Of a DNA stretch of 64,000 nucleotides, positions 13,226-25,006 are shown in pieces. The stretch covers positions 395,622,001-395,686,000 of the forward strand of contig OZ024740.1 in NCBI GenBank assembly GCA_964016885.1. Direction: 5' to 3'. The notes under the pieces are model-generated. The model made no database searches, was not told the DNA's origin, and saw only the letters and a program-made list of their open reading frames with translations. Source of the DNA: Eledone cirrhosa (lineage: Eukaryota). How positions within the stretch are numbered: the stretch's first letter is position 1; each line of letters starts with the position of its first letter. The translations under genes and the position numbers were made by a program.

Positions 13226-13445
13226 TCATCATCATCATCGTTTAATGTCCATCTTCCATACTAGCATGGGTTGGACAGGTTTGTCCTACTTGAGGCAAGA
13301 TTGGTTGGGTCACCATGTCTCACATGTATAGAACTGTTTCTGGCAGGTTTTCTACAGCTGGATGCCCTTCCTAATGCCAACCACATTTACAGTGTGGACT
13401 GGGAGCCTTTTTACCATGTCACCTACACGACCACTTTACACTGTG
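13226..13445 (-). mobile_element. RTE-B-like 3' UTR-only fragment
   Basis: (CAT)n, TCCATCTTCCATACTAGCATGGG, TGAGGCAAGA and GGATGCCCTTCCTAA, as in 43905-44100. Confidence 0.8.
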
Positions 13446-13713
13446 GGTTGTTATGTTCTCTGGTACATAGTTACTATAATCATATAATATTTATTCATCT
13501 CACACAAGTGTGATACATTGAGCCAATTAGTTGCCTTTTTCCTAACAAAATACATCCATCATTCAAACTAATCACTCAGTTGAATTCATTTGGGTGTTTT
13601 GTTTGTTTTCTACTTTTTTCTTATTTTTATTTTTTTAAGTGATAAATAAATAAGATCATCCTGAAGTATTTATGAACTGTAACTAATAACAATTACACAG
13701 CAACACACATATA

Positions 13714-13791
13714 CAGGCTGTCCCCAAAAAATGTATATATACTTCAACAGAAAGGTAATGAAAGTGTGTATACATTTTGGAGGACACCCTG
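13714..13791. mobile_element. Tc1/mariner-type MITE (78 bp)
   Basis: TA-CAGGCTGTCCCCAAAA...TTTTGGAGGACACCCTG-TA. Confidence 0.75.
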
Positions 13792-13796
13792 TATAC

Positions 13797-13849
<53 letters not shown>

Positions 13850-14093
13850 AAGCTTTAATTCTGTCTAATAGACAGACCAATAACTTATCACAAAATAAAA
13901 CATATGCTACTTATTCAAACATATTTCATAAAACAACAACAATGACAAGCGCACAGTTCATATCTTCCCCATTTCCTTTCTTACAAACTAATGGCTCGAC
14001 AAGACCTAGAAAAAATTTTGATTCATTAGAAAATGACAATTACAAGCTAGTACCCAACCTGTAAAAATATTTAAAACATTGCAGAAGTTTGTA

Positions 14094-14148
<55 letters not shown>

Positions 14149-14264
14149 TACGTATATATATATGCATACGTTTATATATATATGCATACATATATATATA
14201 TGCATATATATATGCATGCATATATATATATATGCATACGTATATATATATATGCATATGTATA

Positions 14265-15884
14265 TATAATGGTATTTTCAACTTGAAAATACCACAAGTG
14301 AGACCCTTTGGATAACGTAGACGCCGGACCATACCCGCAAATATATACCCTGATCTGTCTTGAATATACAGGGCTGACGGAATATGGATAACACGACCAC
14401 CATCTAAGCTGGAACCGACCCATACAGCAAACAAAGAGGGGACAGCCCTTCGCTTTTGACCAGTCGCGTGTAGGCTTGGAGTTCGTAATATACCACCCCA
14501 GTCAAATCCACACTGGTTTTTTTACCAATATAGCATGTAGACCAATACATCCTATGTAGCGAGACCTTGGACTTAGAACCGGCAGGCTGGTCTATCGCAA
14601 AAGCGTGCAACCCCCGAAACTAAAAGATCGAACGGACCACACCCAGCAACCACTAGCTATTAGATCCACAGGTATACCATTGTATGTATGTAAATATCCG
14701 TGCGCGGGATATCCCTGAGTACATTTTCTTGACCATCAATTGTTAATTGATTGTTTGTTAATTAGGCAGGAATATACCATTATGTCTGTGCTAATCCTAT
14801 GTGTTGCTGTATGTGTGTAAAGTATCCGAGCGCGGGATATCCCTTAGCTAATTTTGCCTGACTGTTAATAGTGTATTGATTACTGGTTAATTAGGCAGGA
14901 ATATATTATATATTATTATGTCTTTGTTAATCCTGTATCAATAATTTTATGATAATTTTTTGTGATAATACATTGTTAGATTACTGAAGCTACCTTATAC
15001 CTTCTTAAAAATACATGTTATAATTATTGTCTTTTTGCTTATGTATTTTCTTATTTACCACTTTCTTTAATCTTGCCCAACTTGATAAACTCTTTGAATT
15101 GCTCCCTAATTAAATTACTTAAATTGAATTGCTCCCTAATTAAATTGCTTAAATTGCTTAGATTATTGTATCTATTATGCCTAAGTTGTATCTGTTGAAG
15201 CAGCCCTTTGAAAATTCCTCGGATATCCCAAATACCGTAATTTTTAACTTTTAATGTATAATTTTCCTCAATTCGTTTTTATATATATCCTTAAAGGCTC
15301 TCTAAAATTTTAATTCTTCGAAGGGTCTCTCAGAGGAAGTTCCTATTAAAAATATTAAAGGGGCCTTTTCTGAGAGATTTATAGAAGGCTCTTTGAATTA
15401 ACCTTTAAGTGATTAGTTTCTTTCAACTTAGTAGGGAATATCAAAACTTCGTAAGTTTTCAGAAATTTGTAAACGTGATCTCGGGGGAAGAAAGTTTTTT
15501 TCTTTGGGAAAAACATTTTTTTCTCTCGAAGGAATTTCATAGGAAACTTTATATTTTTTAGGGAAACTTTATATTTTTATTTTTTATTTTATTAGCCTCT
15601 TAATTTCTTCTAGTTTATTAGGCTTATTGGAGCCTCTAAGCTTTATGCACTTATTGAGGGATTTTTTAAGGTGCTTCTATGGGATCCCAAGTCTTTTAGT
15701 TTACTGTTAATGCGTAAATTATATATTATCTAATTTTTAACCTTCAATCCCTGACCCCGACAACTAATATAAAAGAGCCCCCTTAGAATATAGACCCCAA
15801 CTATACAAGCGGGGCTGCTGATGTATAACACAATTTCAAACTGCTAGCCTTGAGTGATACGTTGATGTAGATAATGATCTTACA
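14265..15884. mobile_element. Unclassified ~1.6-kb non-coding insert, possibly a solo LTR
   Basis: Complex sequence inside a TA/TATGCATACG microsatellite. Ends TATAA...TTACA (one mismatch from a TG..CA inverted end). Has internal direct repeats and no long ORF. Confidence 0.4.
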
Positions 15885-16196
15885 ATCACATTCCACGCTA
15901 GCATGGGTTAGACGGTATATATATGCATACGTATATATATATATATGCATGCATACGTATAGACGTATACAGACATACAAAAATATGCATGCATATGCAT
16001 ATAAGAGTCAAAGCATACAGATTCATAATGCAATGGCATGCATGTATTTATACACATGCATGTAGTATAGAAAAGCTGTGTTTTTGCACTGGAAATCAGC
16101 TCTTTTATTTGTTGGGAAATATTTTAAATAAATCTATGAAAGGAACATACATACATACATTTGCACGCACACACACATGCACACATACATACATAC

Positions 16197-16430
16197 ATGG
16201 TGGCTGCCAACTCGTTTTCGAGTATGGCCACTACTTTATATCCATTTAGAAGAACTCCTACCGACGCGCTGAACAAGTGTGACTTTTTAGTCCAGCCAGC
16301 GACTTGAAAACTCTGGTACAAACACTACACTTGTGACAATTATTGACGCATAGTGCTGTGCCCATGGTACCATGTGACAAGTGCAGAGAGATCTCCAGAT
16401 ATAAAGCAATGCCTGTGCCGTGAAACTTTT
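16197..16430 (-). mobile_element. 5'-truncated copy of the bipartite BovB-type RTE derivative
   Basis: Reverse complement of about 40594-40830. Flanked by (TACA)n. Confidence 0.8.
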
Positions 16431-16489
16431 ATACATACATACATACATACATACATACATACATACATACATACATACATACATACATT

Positions 16490-17400
16490 TAGGAAATCAA
16501 CACGAAATACATGATTCACAAAAGAGATTGGGATGCAAGCAAAACACCTAGATGTGACAAGTGCAGACTCTGCAGAATTAACATCAAAGATGTCACCCAT
16601 ATCATAAGCAGCTGTCCAAAGATGTTATCATGGTACTATCTACCTATGAGGCATGATGTAGTGGCCAAAACACTGTACAATGCAATCTGTAGAAAAGATA
16701 GCCCCGATAATAAACACATTAAAAGCTACAGCAATGTGGAAGACATGCATATACATAATATGAAAAAGTACTGGTGGAATGTTCAAGTAAAAACCCCAAT
16801 AAAATGCAGGCATAACAGATCAAATATAATGATATGGGATAGCGAAAAGAAGGCATGCACAGTAGTGGAAGTTAGCTGCCCAGCAGATGCCAATATAATA
16901 TCAAAGATTAGTGAAAAGGAGAATATTTATGCAGAACTGATGAGAAATCTGCAGATACTCCACCCTGATTATACCTTCAGATTTATGCTTGTGATTATTG
17001 GGGCACTGGGATATTTTAGTAACTGTCTCAATACAAATCTTGAGAAGCTGGGCTTCACAGAAACAGAAAGAACACAACTAGTTAGGAAACTACAAGTACA
17101 ATCCATTAATGGAACAGTGAAAATATGTAAAACATTCCAAAAATTTTGCATCTAATAACTGCATATACACATGTACAGATACAAAGCATATGCACATGCA
17201 CACATACAACTCAAAACATCCACATCCACACATACAATAACATCCATACCTGCACACACATACATGCATGCAGACATACATACATATCTACCTAGTTGAT
17301 GTTGTGTAAATTCCAATGAGAGAGTCTTGTGTCTATGTTAGAAACCAACTCTCTCGCTATTGGCAAAAAGTTGTGAAATTATAAAACCAGAAGAACATAC
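16490..17400 (+). mobile_element. 3' fragment of an RLE-type (R4/NeSL-like) non-LTR retrotransposon
   Basis: ORF 16511..17155 has the CCHC knuckle CRLC..HIISSC, RHD, a degenerate RPD (RSN), VVEVSCP and K...Y. Flanked by (TACA)n. Confidence 0.85.
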
Positions 17401-17416
17401 ACACATACATACATAC

Positions 17417-17730
17417 GAAGGAGGATATCTATGGACCATTGATGAGGAGTTTGCAGATCCAGTATCCAAGATACACCTTTAGCTTCATACCCACCATTAT
17501 TGGAGCTACAGGTTATATACCAACCCACTTGGACCAAAGTGTAACTGAACTTGGATTTGTGAACAAAGAGCGCAGCTCCCTAATTCATAGTCTACAAATG
17601 GCTGCAATAGCTGGCAGCTTCAAAATTTGCAAAACATTCTTGTGATTCAAGGGATGACAATTTCTTTTCTTTTACAACCTTGCCACCAGGAAGGTGGCCA
17701 GTCAAAAATGTACTTGAAATTACGAGAAAC
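17417..17730 (+). mobile_element. Second, diverged RLE-LINE 3' fragment
   Basis: LMRSLQIQYPRYTFSFIPTIIGATGY...KICKTF parallels the C-terminus of ORF 16511..17155. Confidence 0.75.
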
Positions 17731-17904
17731 ATACATGCATAAGCACATGCACACACACACATCCATGCACACATGCACGCACACACACACACACACACAA
17801 ATCAATAGTGCTGGTCAATAGCTCTAATCATTGAAAGATAAGCAATTGAATCTCTTTCCCCACACTTAATAATAATAAAATTAATAATAATAATGAGGAG
17901 GTGA

Positions 17905-18285
17905 ATTTCTAACATAGGCACAAGGCCAGAAATTTAAGGGAGTAGAAAGTCAGTTAAACTGACCCCAGGATTTTATTGACCCTAGAAGAATGAAAGGTAA
18001 AGTTGACCTCAGAGAAATTTGAACTCAGAACATAAAAGCCAGAACACATTCCACAAAGTATTTTATTTGGCATTCTAATAATTCTGCCAATCCACCATCT
18101 TTAATAATAATAATGATTTCTACTATAGGCACAAGGCCAGCAATTTGTTGGGGAGAGGAAAGTCAATTAAATCGACCCCAGTTCATTACTGGTGCTTTAT
18201 TCTATCAACCCCGTAAGGATGAAAGGCAAAGCTAACTGCAGCGGAATTTGAACTCAGAATGTAATGGGCCATAACTCTATGCTAT
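17905..18285 (-). mobile_element. Two Meta-type SINE copies
   Basis: GGCACAAGGCCAG...GATGAAAGG...TTTGAACTCAG occurs twice. Confidence 0.75.
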
Positions 18286-18550
18286 AGTTGGTAGACAGTG
18301 ACCTTAAGTCAATCTCCTACAAAACATGCGTAACAAGCTGATACACAATAAAAAACTAAATACATGTAAACTAAACTTCATCATTTTTCTTAAGATGTAT
18401 ATATCTTAGTCCAGTAGAAGCCATTTCTATATTAAATATTTATACTCTGCTATGTATTGAGTACCTTACTTACTATGGTTACCTCCGATTGAACCTGGGA
18501 TACACATATTTATAAATATGTATATATATCTATATATATATATATATATA

Positions 18551-18770
18551 TATTAAAATAACAGATTAAAGTTTAAGCAAAGAATCGCTGCTTTCACCCT
18601 TAATGGGATCTTCTGAGTTTCAGAAGATCCCGTTAAGGGTGAAAGCAGCGATTCTTTGCTTAAACTTTAATCTGTTATTTTAATAAATATTTGCTCTACA
18701 GTTCTTATATATTTGATATATATTTATCCTTATCGAGCCCTCTTTGGATTTTAGTCTTCAAAATTATTAT

Positions 18771-18775
<5 letters not shown>
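18551..18775 (+). mobile_element. Penelope-type terminal relic: 66-bp inverted repeat with a hammerhead-like core
   Basis: Arms 18551-18616 and 18620-18685 (one mismatch, 3-nt loop). Contains CAGAAGA-stem-GAAA and AATAAA at 18682. Flanked by (TA)n. Confidence 0.6.
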
Positions 18776-18806
<31 letters not shown>

Positions 18807-18808
<2 letters not shown>

Positions 18809-19138
18809 TGTTATACTTGGGGAGGGTCATATTTGTGTAATAATATTGCCAGAATTAATAACAGAACACACTCACTGTTAGACTATATATATGTGTTTGT
18901 GTCTATATTGTATCTGTATTTTTGATCATCGGTTAGTCGATGGTAACATTGAGGACCGAATAAATTAAATTAACCGATATAAAAGACACAGAAGCGAAAA
19001 CCAACCAAACAGTGAGTGTGTTCTGTTATTAATTCTGGCAATATTATTACACAAATATGACCCTCCCCAAGTATAACAATATTTGTTTCGACACACGATT
19101 TCATATCAAAAACCTCGCAAAACTAATTCATCGCCGTT
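18807..19138. mobile_element. Hairpin element with perfect 73-bp inverted arms and a one-sided extension
   Basis: 18807-18879 is the reverse complement of 19008-19080. An extra 58 bp follows on the right. TA flanks. Confidence 0.7.
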
Positions 19139-19149
19139 ATATATAATAT

Positions 19150-19250
19150 AAGGTTAACTTTGCCTTTCATCCTTACGGGGTCGATAAAATAAAGTACCAG
19201 TAATGTACTGGGTAATTGCTGGCCTTGTGCCTAAAGTAGAAACAGTTATA
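19150..19250 (+). mobile_element. 5'-truncated Meta-type SINE
   Basis: Central domain and tail only. Confidence 0.75.
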
Positions 19251-20019
19251 TATAAATTGATTTTAATATATAAAAAATATAAAAGTGACCATCAACTCAT
19301 AGAACAGATGACCCATAAACGATAGGGTCTGAAAAGTGATTCTAATAATACATTTCTTAGGATCTAATTTAGTTGTTGTTGGTTAAGTACAGGTTAGGCC
19401 TGATTGAGTAGACCTATGGTCAAAATGATTCCAACCATGATCACCATGTAGAGAACCCAATCCAGGACCACATTATTCAATGTGTCTTTTTCTAATATGA
19501 TAGGCAGTGATTTGAAAGAAGATTTGGCTGTGATTTATAATAGATCAAGTAATATTGTGGAAGCTCCTTCATTACCTTAATCTAATTTTAGTATTTGTGT
19601 TTGTGTGCAGAGGGTGAGCAGTGAAAGGTGGGTGGGTAGGTTGTGCTTCTTTAATTTACAGGATACATGGTGCCATCTTGTCTCAAAATCTGAGCTTGCA
19701 TTGAGTACAGAAATTCTAATGATGCGACAGTGATAGTTGATGCGAAAGAATTAGCAAGGATGTGTATGGTTAACACATAATGGTAATAAGTGAGTGATAG
19801 TATGAATGTTTGAGTGTGCATATGTGAGAGAGACAGAAAGAGAAAGTGTGAGTGTGTATTTGTATGAAGGAAGTTATTTGAGAAGTAGATCTGGTAGCAT
19901 GGCAGTTGGAAATCAACAACAAGGATATACACCCACCCACATGCACATATATGCATGTTTATATATATATATATAATATATATACATGCACACACACACA
20001 CACATTTATATACGCACAT

Positions 20020-20359
20020 TCATTCATTCATTTCATTTTACGTCCGCTTTTTCCCTGCTTGCAAGGATGGGACGGGAACTGATTCTGGCTTGATTTCTAC
20101 AGCTGGATGCCCTTCCTAACACCAACCTCATTTACAGTGAGTGGTGGGTGCTTTTTTGCCGTGGCACCTCCACGACCACTTTGCAGTGGAATGGTCGGGA
20201 CCCCAGTCCCTATCATCTCATTTCTACAGCTGAGTAAACTGGAGCAATGTGAAATAAAGTGTCTTGCTCAAGGAAACAACACATCACCCGGTCTGAGAAT
20301 TGAACTCACAACCTTTCGATTTCAAGGCCAATGCTCTAACCACTAAGCCATGTGCCTCC
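20020..20359 (-). mobile_element. CORE-type SINE with RTE-A tail (one body unit)
   Basis: Matches 29322-29670 in reverse complement. Confidence 0.85.
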
Positions 20360-20436
20360 ATATATATCAATATTTATATATATATGTGCGTATATATATA
20401 AATGTAGATATATATCTATATTTATATATATATATA

Positions 20437-20725
20437 CTCTTTTTGTTTTTACTTCTAACTTGTTTGTGTCACCTTTCTTGTTTTGTTCACTTGTTCCTCT
20501 TATCCTACCAACACTACCGAATGGTTTGTCTTGTCTACTCTCATTATTTTTTATTATTTTTTATTTATTTGGACTACCTTTATTTTTTGTATCTATCCTT
20601 TGTGATCCTGCCTCGAATTTTGTACTCCTGAAGAAGGGCTAAAGCACGACATATCGAACTTTCTTTCCATATAAAGCGTGAAACTAATAAGACTTTTTGT
20701 ACTTCTGTTTGTTGTGTCCTTGAAC
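20437..20725 (+). mobile_element. Penelope-type terminal-repeat relic
   Basis: CTGAAGAAGGGCTAAAGCACGACATATCG is a degenerate hammerhead in a T-rich segment between TA runs. Confidence 0.45.
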
Positions 20726-21066
20726 TATATATATATATAAATTATCACTCTTCATGGTTAAATACAATAAATGTGATCACAAGAGCAAGAATGAGAGACT
20801 CATTCTACTGATATGGCTTTAAAAAAGAGGCTGTTTGCATAATTGCAAACGAATCGAATATCATTATTAATATTCAAAAACCTCAGATTACATTTATATA
20901 TAGATAGTCAATTCTATAAGTTGATAAAACATCAGTAAGGTATTCAAACATTTATTTAAAGCTTAAATGTGGTTTATTCAATATTTAGAATAGTGAGAGA
21001 TATTTCTGGACAGAAATAGCCATCAAAACGGCTTGAGCTCTGCCATTGGGGTCTTGAACATTTTCC

Positions 21067-21123
<57 letters not shown>

Positions 21124-21127
21124 TATA

Positions 21128-21640
21128 TAACTTTGATCAGTTTTGGCCAGTATTGGCCCAGGCCATCTCTAACTTAATAGCACCACCTGGCAAAGTCATT
21201 TCAAATCATGATTTCGACACCATGGCCCATTCAAATAGAGAGTTATTGTTTTCGGAGATATATCTGTGTGTAGATGGTTTATCCGGAATTTCTTGGAGGA
21301 ATTTGTCCAAAGGTTTTTTAGTTTTATGGCATTTGTTTCTGTTTTTATATAATCTGGTGTAATGTTAAAGAGAGCAAGACCAGTTGAGGTGAAATAATTG
21401 TGCCATAATGTTGTTATGAGATGCGAGTTTGATTTTTGTTGGGGGTGGGTAGCACAGGGTCCAAGCTTTAGATGTATTTTAAAGATGATGAAACATCATT
21501 TGGGCAATGCTGATGGAATATTTTCTGCATCATGTCGATAATGTAGTGCTCACAGCGGCATTGGAAAGAGTAGAGTTTAAGCTTTTCTAGTCAACCACAT
21601 TTTGTGATTGACATTTGTGGTGCTTCAGTTTTCATAATAC
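21128..21640 (-). mobile_element. Decayed 3' fragment of the CR1-group LINE
   Basis: TTTTGGCCAGTATTGGCCCAGGCCAT...AACTTAATAGCACCACCTGGC is the reverse complement of the 3' UTR at about 54887-54940. Similarity continues into ORF2. Confidence 0.85.
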
Positions 21641-21651
21641 TTACTATATAA

Positions 21652-21800
21652 ATAATTAGTTACAACAGTAACATAGGGTGTATAGCCCAACGAAACTTAA
21701 GTACCTGTATATATCACTGTTGTAACTAATTATACTTAACTCATCCTATAGACTGAGTGCTCTTACTCTTGGATATGTATACCAAATTTGTACTACAGTG
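21652..21800 (+). mobile_element. Penelope-type relic with an 18-bp inverted arm
   Basis: ATAATTAGTTACAACAGT (21652-21669) pairs with ACTGTTGTAACTAATTAT (21716-21733). Between them is GAAACTTAAGTA, a hammerhead 3' half. Confidence 0.45.
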
Positions 21801-21835
<35 letters not shown>

Positions 21836-22144
21836 GGGGGAGGGGTGAAGGAAAAGAGGCTGGGGTGTAATCGGTGAGTATTCAATAGAAACAAACAAAA
21901 ATTAAACAAATAAAAGATCAGAACTCTAATGAGTTCATTAAACCAGATTCCTGTGCAAGATTAATCTTGCAGCAAAGGCTTTGTTATTCTTGTTATCATC
22001 ATCACCATTATTATTATTGTTATTGCTCTTGTTATTTATTACTAATATATTTTTTTTTTTCTTAATACTGGTGCAAACCTACTATCTTGGAGATAATGTA
22101 TTTTACATTGATATCATTATATAATATAGTATATATACACCATT

Positions 22145-23300
22145 GGGTATGTACACCATGGCTTGGGTAGACAGATCATTACACACTGCAGAAAAACCCT
22201 CCTCTTCAGTAATGGTGTAGCCTGGACAAAAAAAGTGAACTACCTCAGAACTATTCGATGTCTCAATGGGATTATTCAATAGTTCTGGTGTATGTGATTT
22301 GGTTGGTTTATACATATTAGATATGTTGTGAGTCAGATTCCCAGACTTCCCTATGGGTTTATACCGCGATGATGGTCTGACCCTATCAAGCCATAAAAGC
22401 GGTCATCACCTAATAGCTACTTTTAATGAGTTAGGACTGAAGATCACTGTAGTCACAAACTTTACTGGCGTAGATTATTTAGACATTCAGACCTTTCCAC
22501 AAACTTAATGAAAAGTTAACTTATATACTCATGTCACCCACCTATGGTCTTTAAAATCTTCATTAAAAATATCAGTACTAGGATTTCTAAATTTTCTTGT
22601 AACAAGGCCATCTTTGACAGAACAGTGCCAACAGCAACTTCTCCGATGAAATTTCCACCAATCTCAAGAGCTCACCCCCACCCGGGTGTTCTTGCAGAAA
22701 GCCAGAAGCACGCCCCTTCAACAATAGTGTAACACACCCGCAGTAGTCTATGAGGCTGAAGTTACATCCACTCGACCAAACCAATAGTAGGAAGTTAAAA
22801 TATATGTAGGCATGGCAGAGAGCCGGTTTAAAGAACACTTCCTTAAACATCAGACGATCTTTAGACACTCTGATATGCGATCGTCCACAAAGCTAGCAAG
22901 ACTACTCCATTCAATGGAAAGTTCTGGTCAAATCCAGGACATACGGAAATGGGAATTTGTCCTGTTGTCTGTGTATCGATGAAAGAGTGAATATCTTGCA
23001 GAAATTACGTAATAATACTTGTCTTAACACAAGAGCCGATTTTAATTGCTGCCCTCATGCTGTGAACTACATGTTACATAACTACAAAGGCCTAGGATTC
23101 ATCTTATCTGGAATGAACTAACCCAAACGAAAATCGTCTTCCCTGCATCAGTCTATCTTGAGTTGTCTCCCGTGTTGCCATTCATTGTACAAAATCCAGT
23201 CAGCTCATATACACTTCCATTCTCAGCCAACCTCACTCGATTTAAAAATTTGCTAGGTGAAAAGTGTGTCCCCAAGTATGGTTTGGTAATTTGTTGTGGA
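22145..23300 (+). mobile_element. Decayed Penelope-like element (RT + GIY-YIG endonuclease), Naiad/Chlamys-like
   Basis: Hand translation across frameshifts gives IITHCRKTLLF, FDVSMGLFNSSGVCDLVGLYIL, GLYRDDGL, AVVYEAEV...YVGMAESRFKEH and CLCIDE...LNTRADFNCCPH. Confidence 0.8.
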
Positions 23301-23486
23301 ACTAACACCCTCTCTCTCTCTCTCCGTCTCTCCCTCCCTCCCTCTCCGTCTCCGTCTCCCTCCCTTTCTCTTTTTTTCCCTCTCTCTTTTTCCCTCTCTC
23401 TCTCTCTCTTATATATATATATATATCATGATTTAATCTATGTTGGCCCTGCTAGCAAGGACTAGACTGTGTATATATACATATAT

Positions 23487-23988
23487 CTAGGGCGGGTAAA
23501 ATTCCCGAGATCCATGGACGAGTTCTCTCCAGCGGTCTCTATCCCTCATTATCGCTGCCATGTCCTGCGTCTCCAACAGACCAGTGTCTGTCCTTAGGGC
23601 ATCAACATACGTTAACCTTGGTCTTCCTCTTCCAGTGTGTCCATGTAGGGGCTCCCACGGGAGCACTGTGTGCAATGTCAACTCTGGATGACAGTGAGCA
23701 TGTCCAACTAACCTCAGTCTCCTCTGTGTCACTTTTGAGCTGACTTTTAGGAGGCTCCATACAGCTCTGAGTTTTTCATCCTCAGTGTATACAGATTAAT
23801 GTTCAGAGACATCCTCAGCATTCTCGTGTAGCACCCATCCACCATCTGAGTGAGTTTCACAGCTTGAGATCGGTGTGGAAGTCGGACTTTCGTAAAGACC
23901 TGAAAATCCACCTCTTCATTGCTGTAGTGGAGTCTGTGCTGCTGTACGGGTCTGAGACTTGGATACTACCCAAGAAACTCACTCAGAT
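23487..23988 (-). mobile_element. RTE-group LINE 3' fragment (different family) with 5' inversion
   Basis: Minus strand: DGCYTRMLRMSL, RRLRLVGH, GRGRPRLTY, DRDRWR. Plus strand 23859-23988: VESVLLYGSETW. Confidence 0.85.
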
Positions 23989-24007
23989 ATATATATATAT
24001 ATACAGT

Positions 24008-24162
24008 CAGTGTTGGAAGGCCATCCAGCTGTAGAAATCAAGCCAAAATCAGTTTCTGTATGAACAAGGCATGATCAGCCGACCAGACACTGCCCACAAC
24101 AGGACAACCCCTCTAACTCATGCTAGCATGGAAGGACGGACATAAAACGGTGATGATGATGA
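24008..24162 (+). mobile_element. RTE-C 3' UTR-only fragment
   Basis: Matches 60300-60462. Confidence 0.8.
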
Positions 24163-24399
24163 TATATATATATATATTGGTTTACTTTTTCCCCTTCCTC
24201 TTTACATCCTTCCTTATTAATCAGATGAATATGTTGTTCTGTATGGCAAGTTACTGACATATTTCCATTGCTCTTATCATTACCATTCTGTTCTCTAGTT
24301 TGTCTTGCAGTTAACAATTTTCTTCTTCATCTCTTTGGAAGAATTTCCTAGTTGTATTGAAGAAATCAAAAACCACTGCCATTACTGCCAACAAATACA

Positions 24400-24900
24400 A
24401 CAACAACAACCAACACCTTCACTGCTAACAATGACTAGAACCCCGCCACTATCATCATCATCATCATCATCATCATAATCAGCAACGGCAATATTAACTT
24501 CATTACTGATTTCATCCAACACATCGTCATCATTATCATCGCCACCCCCATTACTATCTGCATTATCATCATCATCCTTCTCTGAACAGTGCTATTATTT
24601 CTCTCCTGCCCCCATCATCATCACTATCACCATCACTACCACTTAAATAATCATCATCATATTCATCATACCCTCAGGTAAAAAGCCTTATTCTTCGTTA
24701 TCACCACCATCTTCACATACATCATTCCCAGGATCTTCATCATTAACCTCCTCAGGTAAACAGTTTTATTGCTCTTCATCACCACCACTATCACCTACAT
24801 TATTATTATCATCATCATCATCATCCTGGTGCAAATTGCACTGTTATGCTCTGTTGCCATCATCATCAACACCATCATCATCATCGAATACCTCTTCAAT
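24400..24900. repeat. Degenerate (CAT/CAC)n low-complexity region
   Basis: Direct inspection. Confidence 0.8.
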
Positions 24901-24975
24901 CTCAAAACTACACCTACAGCTCCACCCCAACTCTATCACTATTTCTACAGTTCCTGTCTCTTTACCACCATTCTC

Positions 24976-25006
<31 letters not shown>

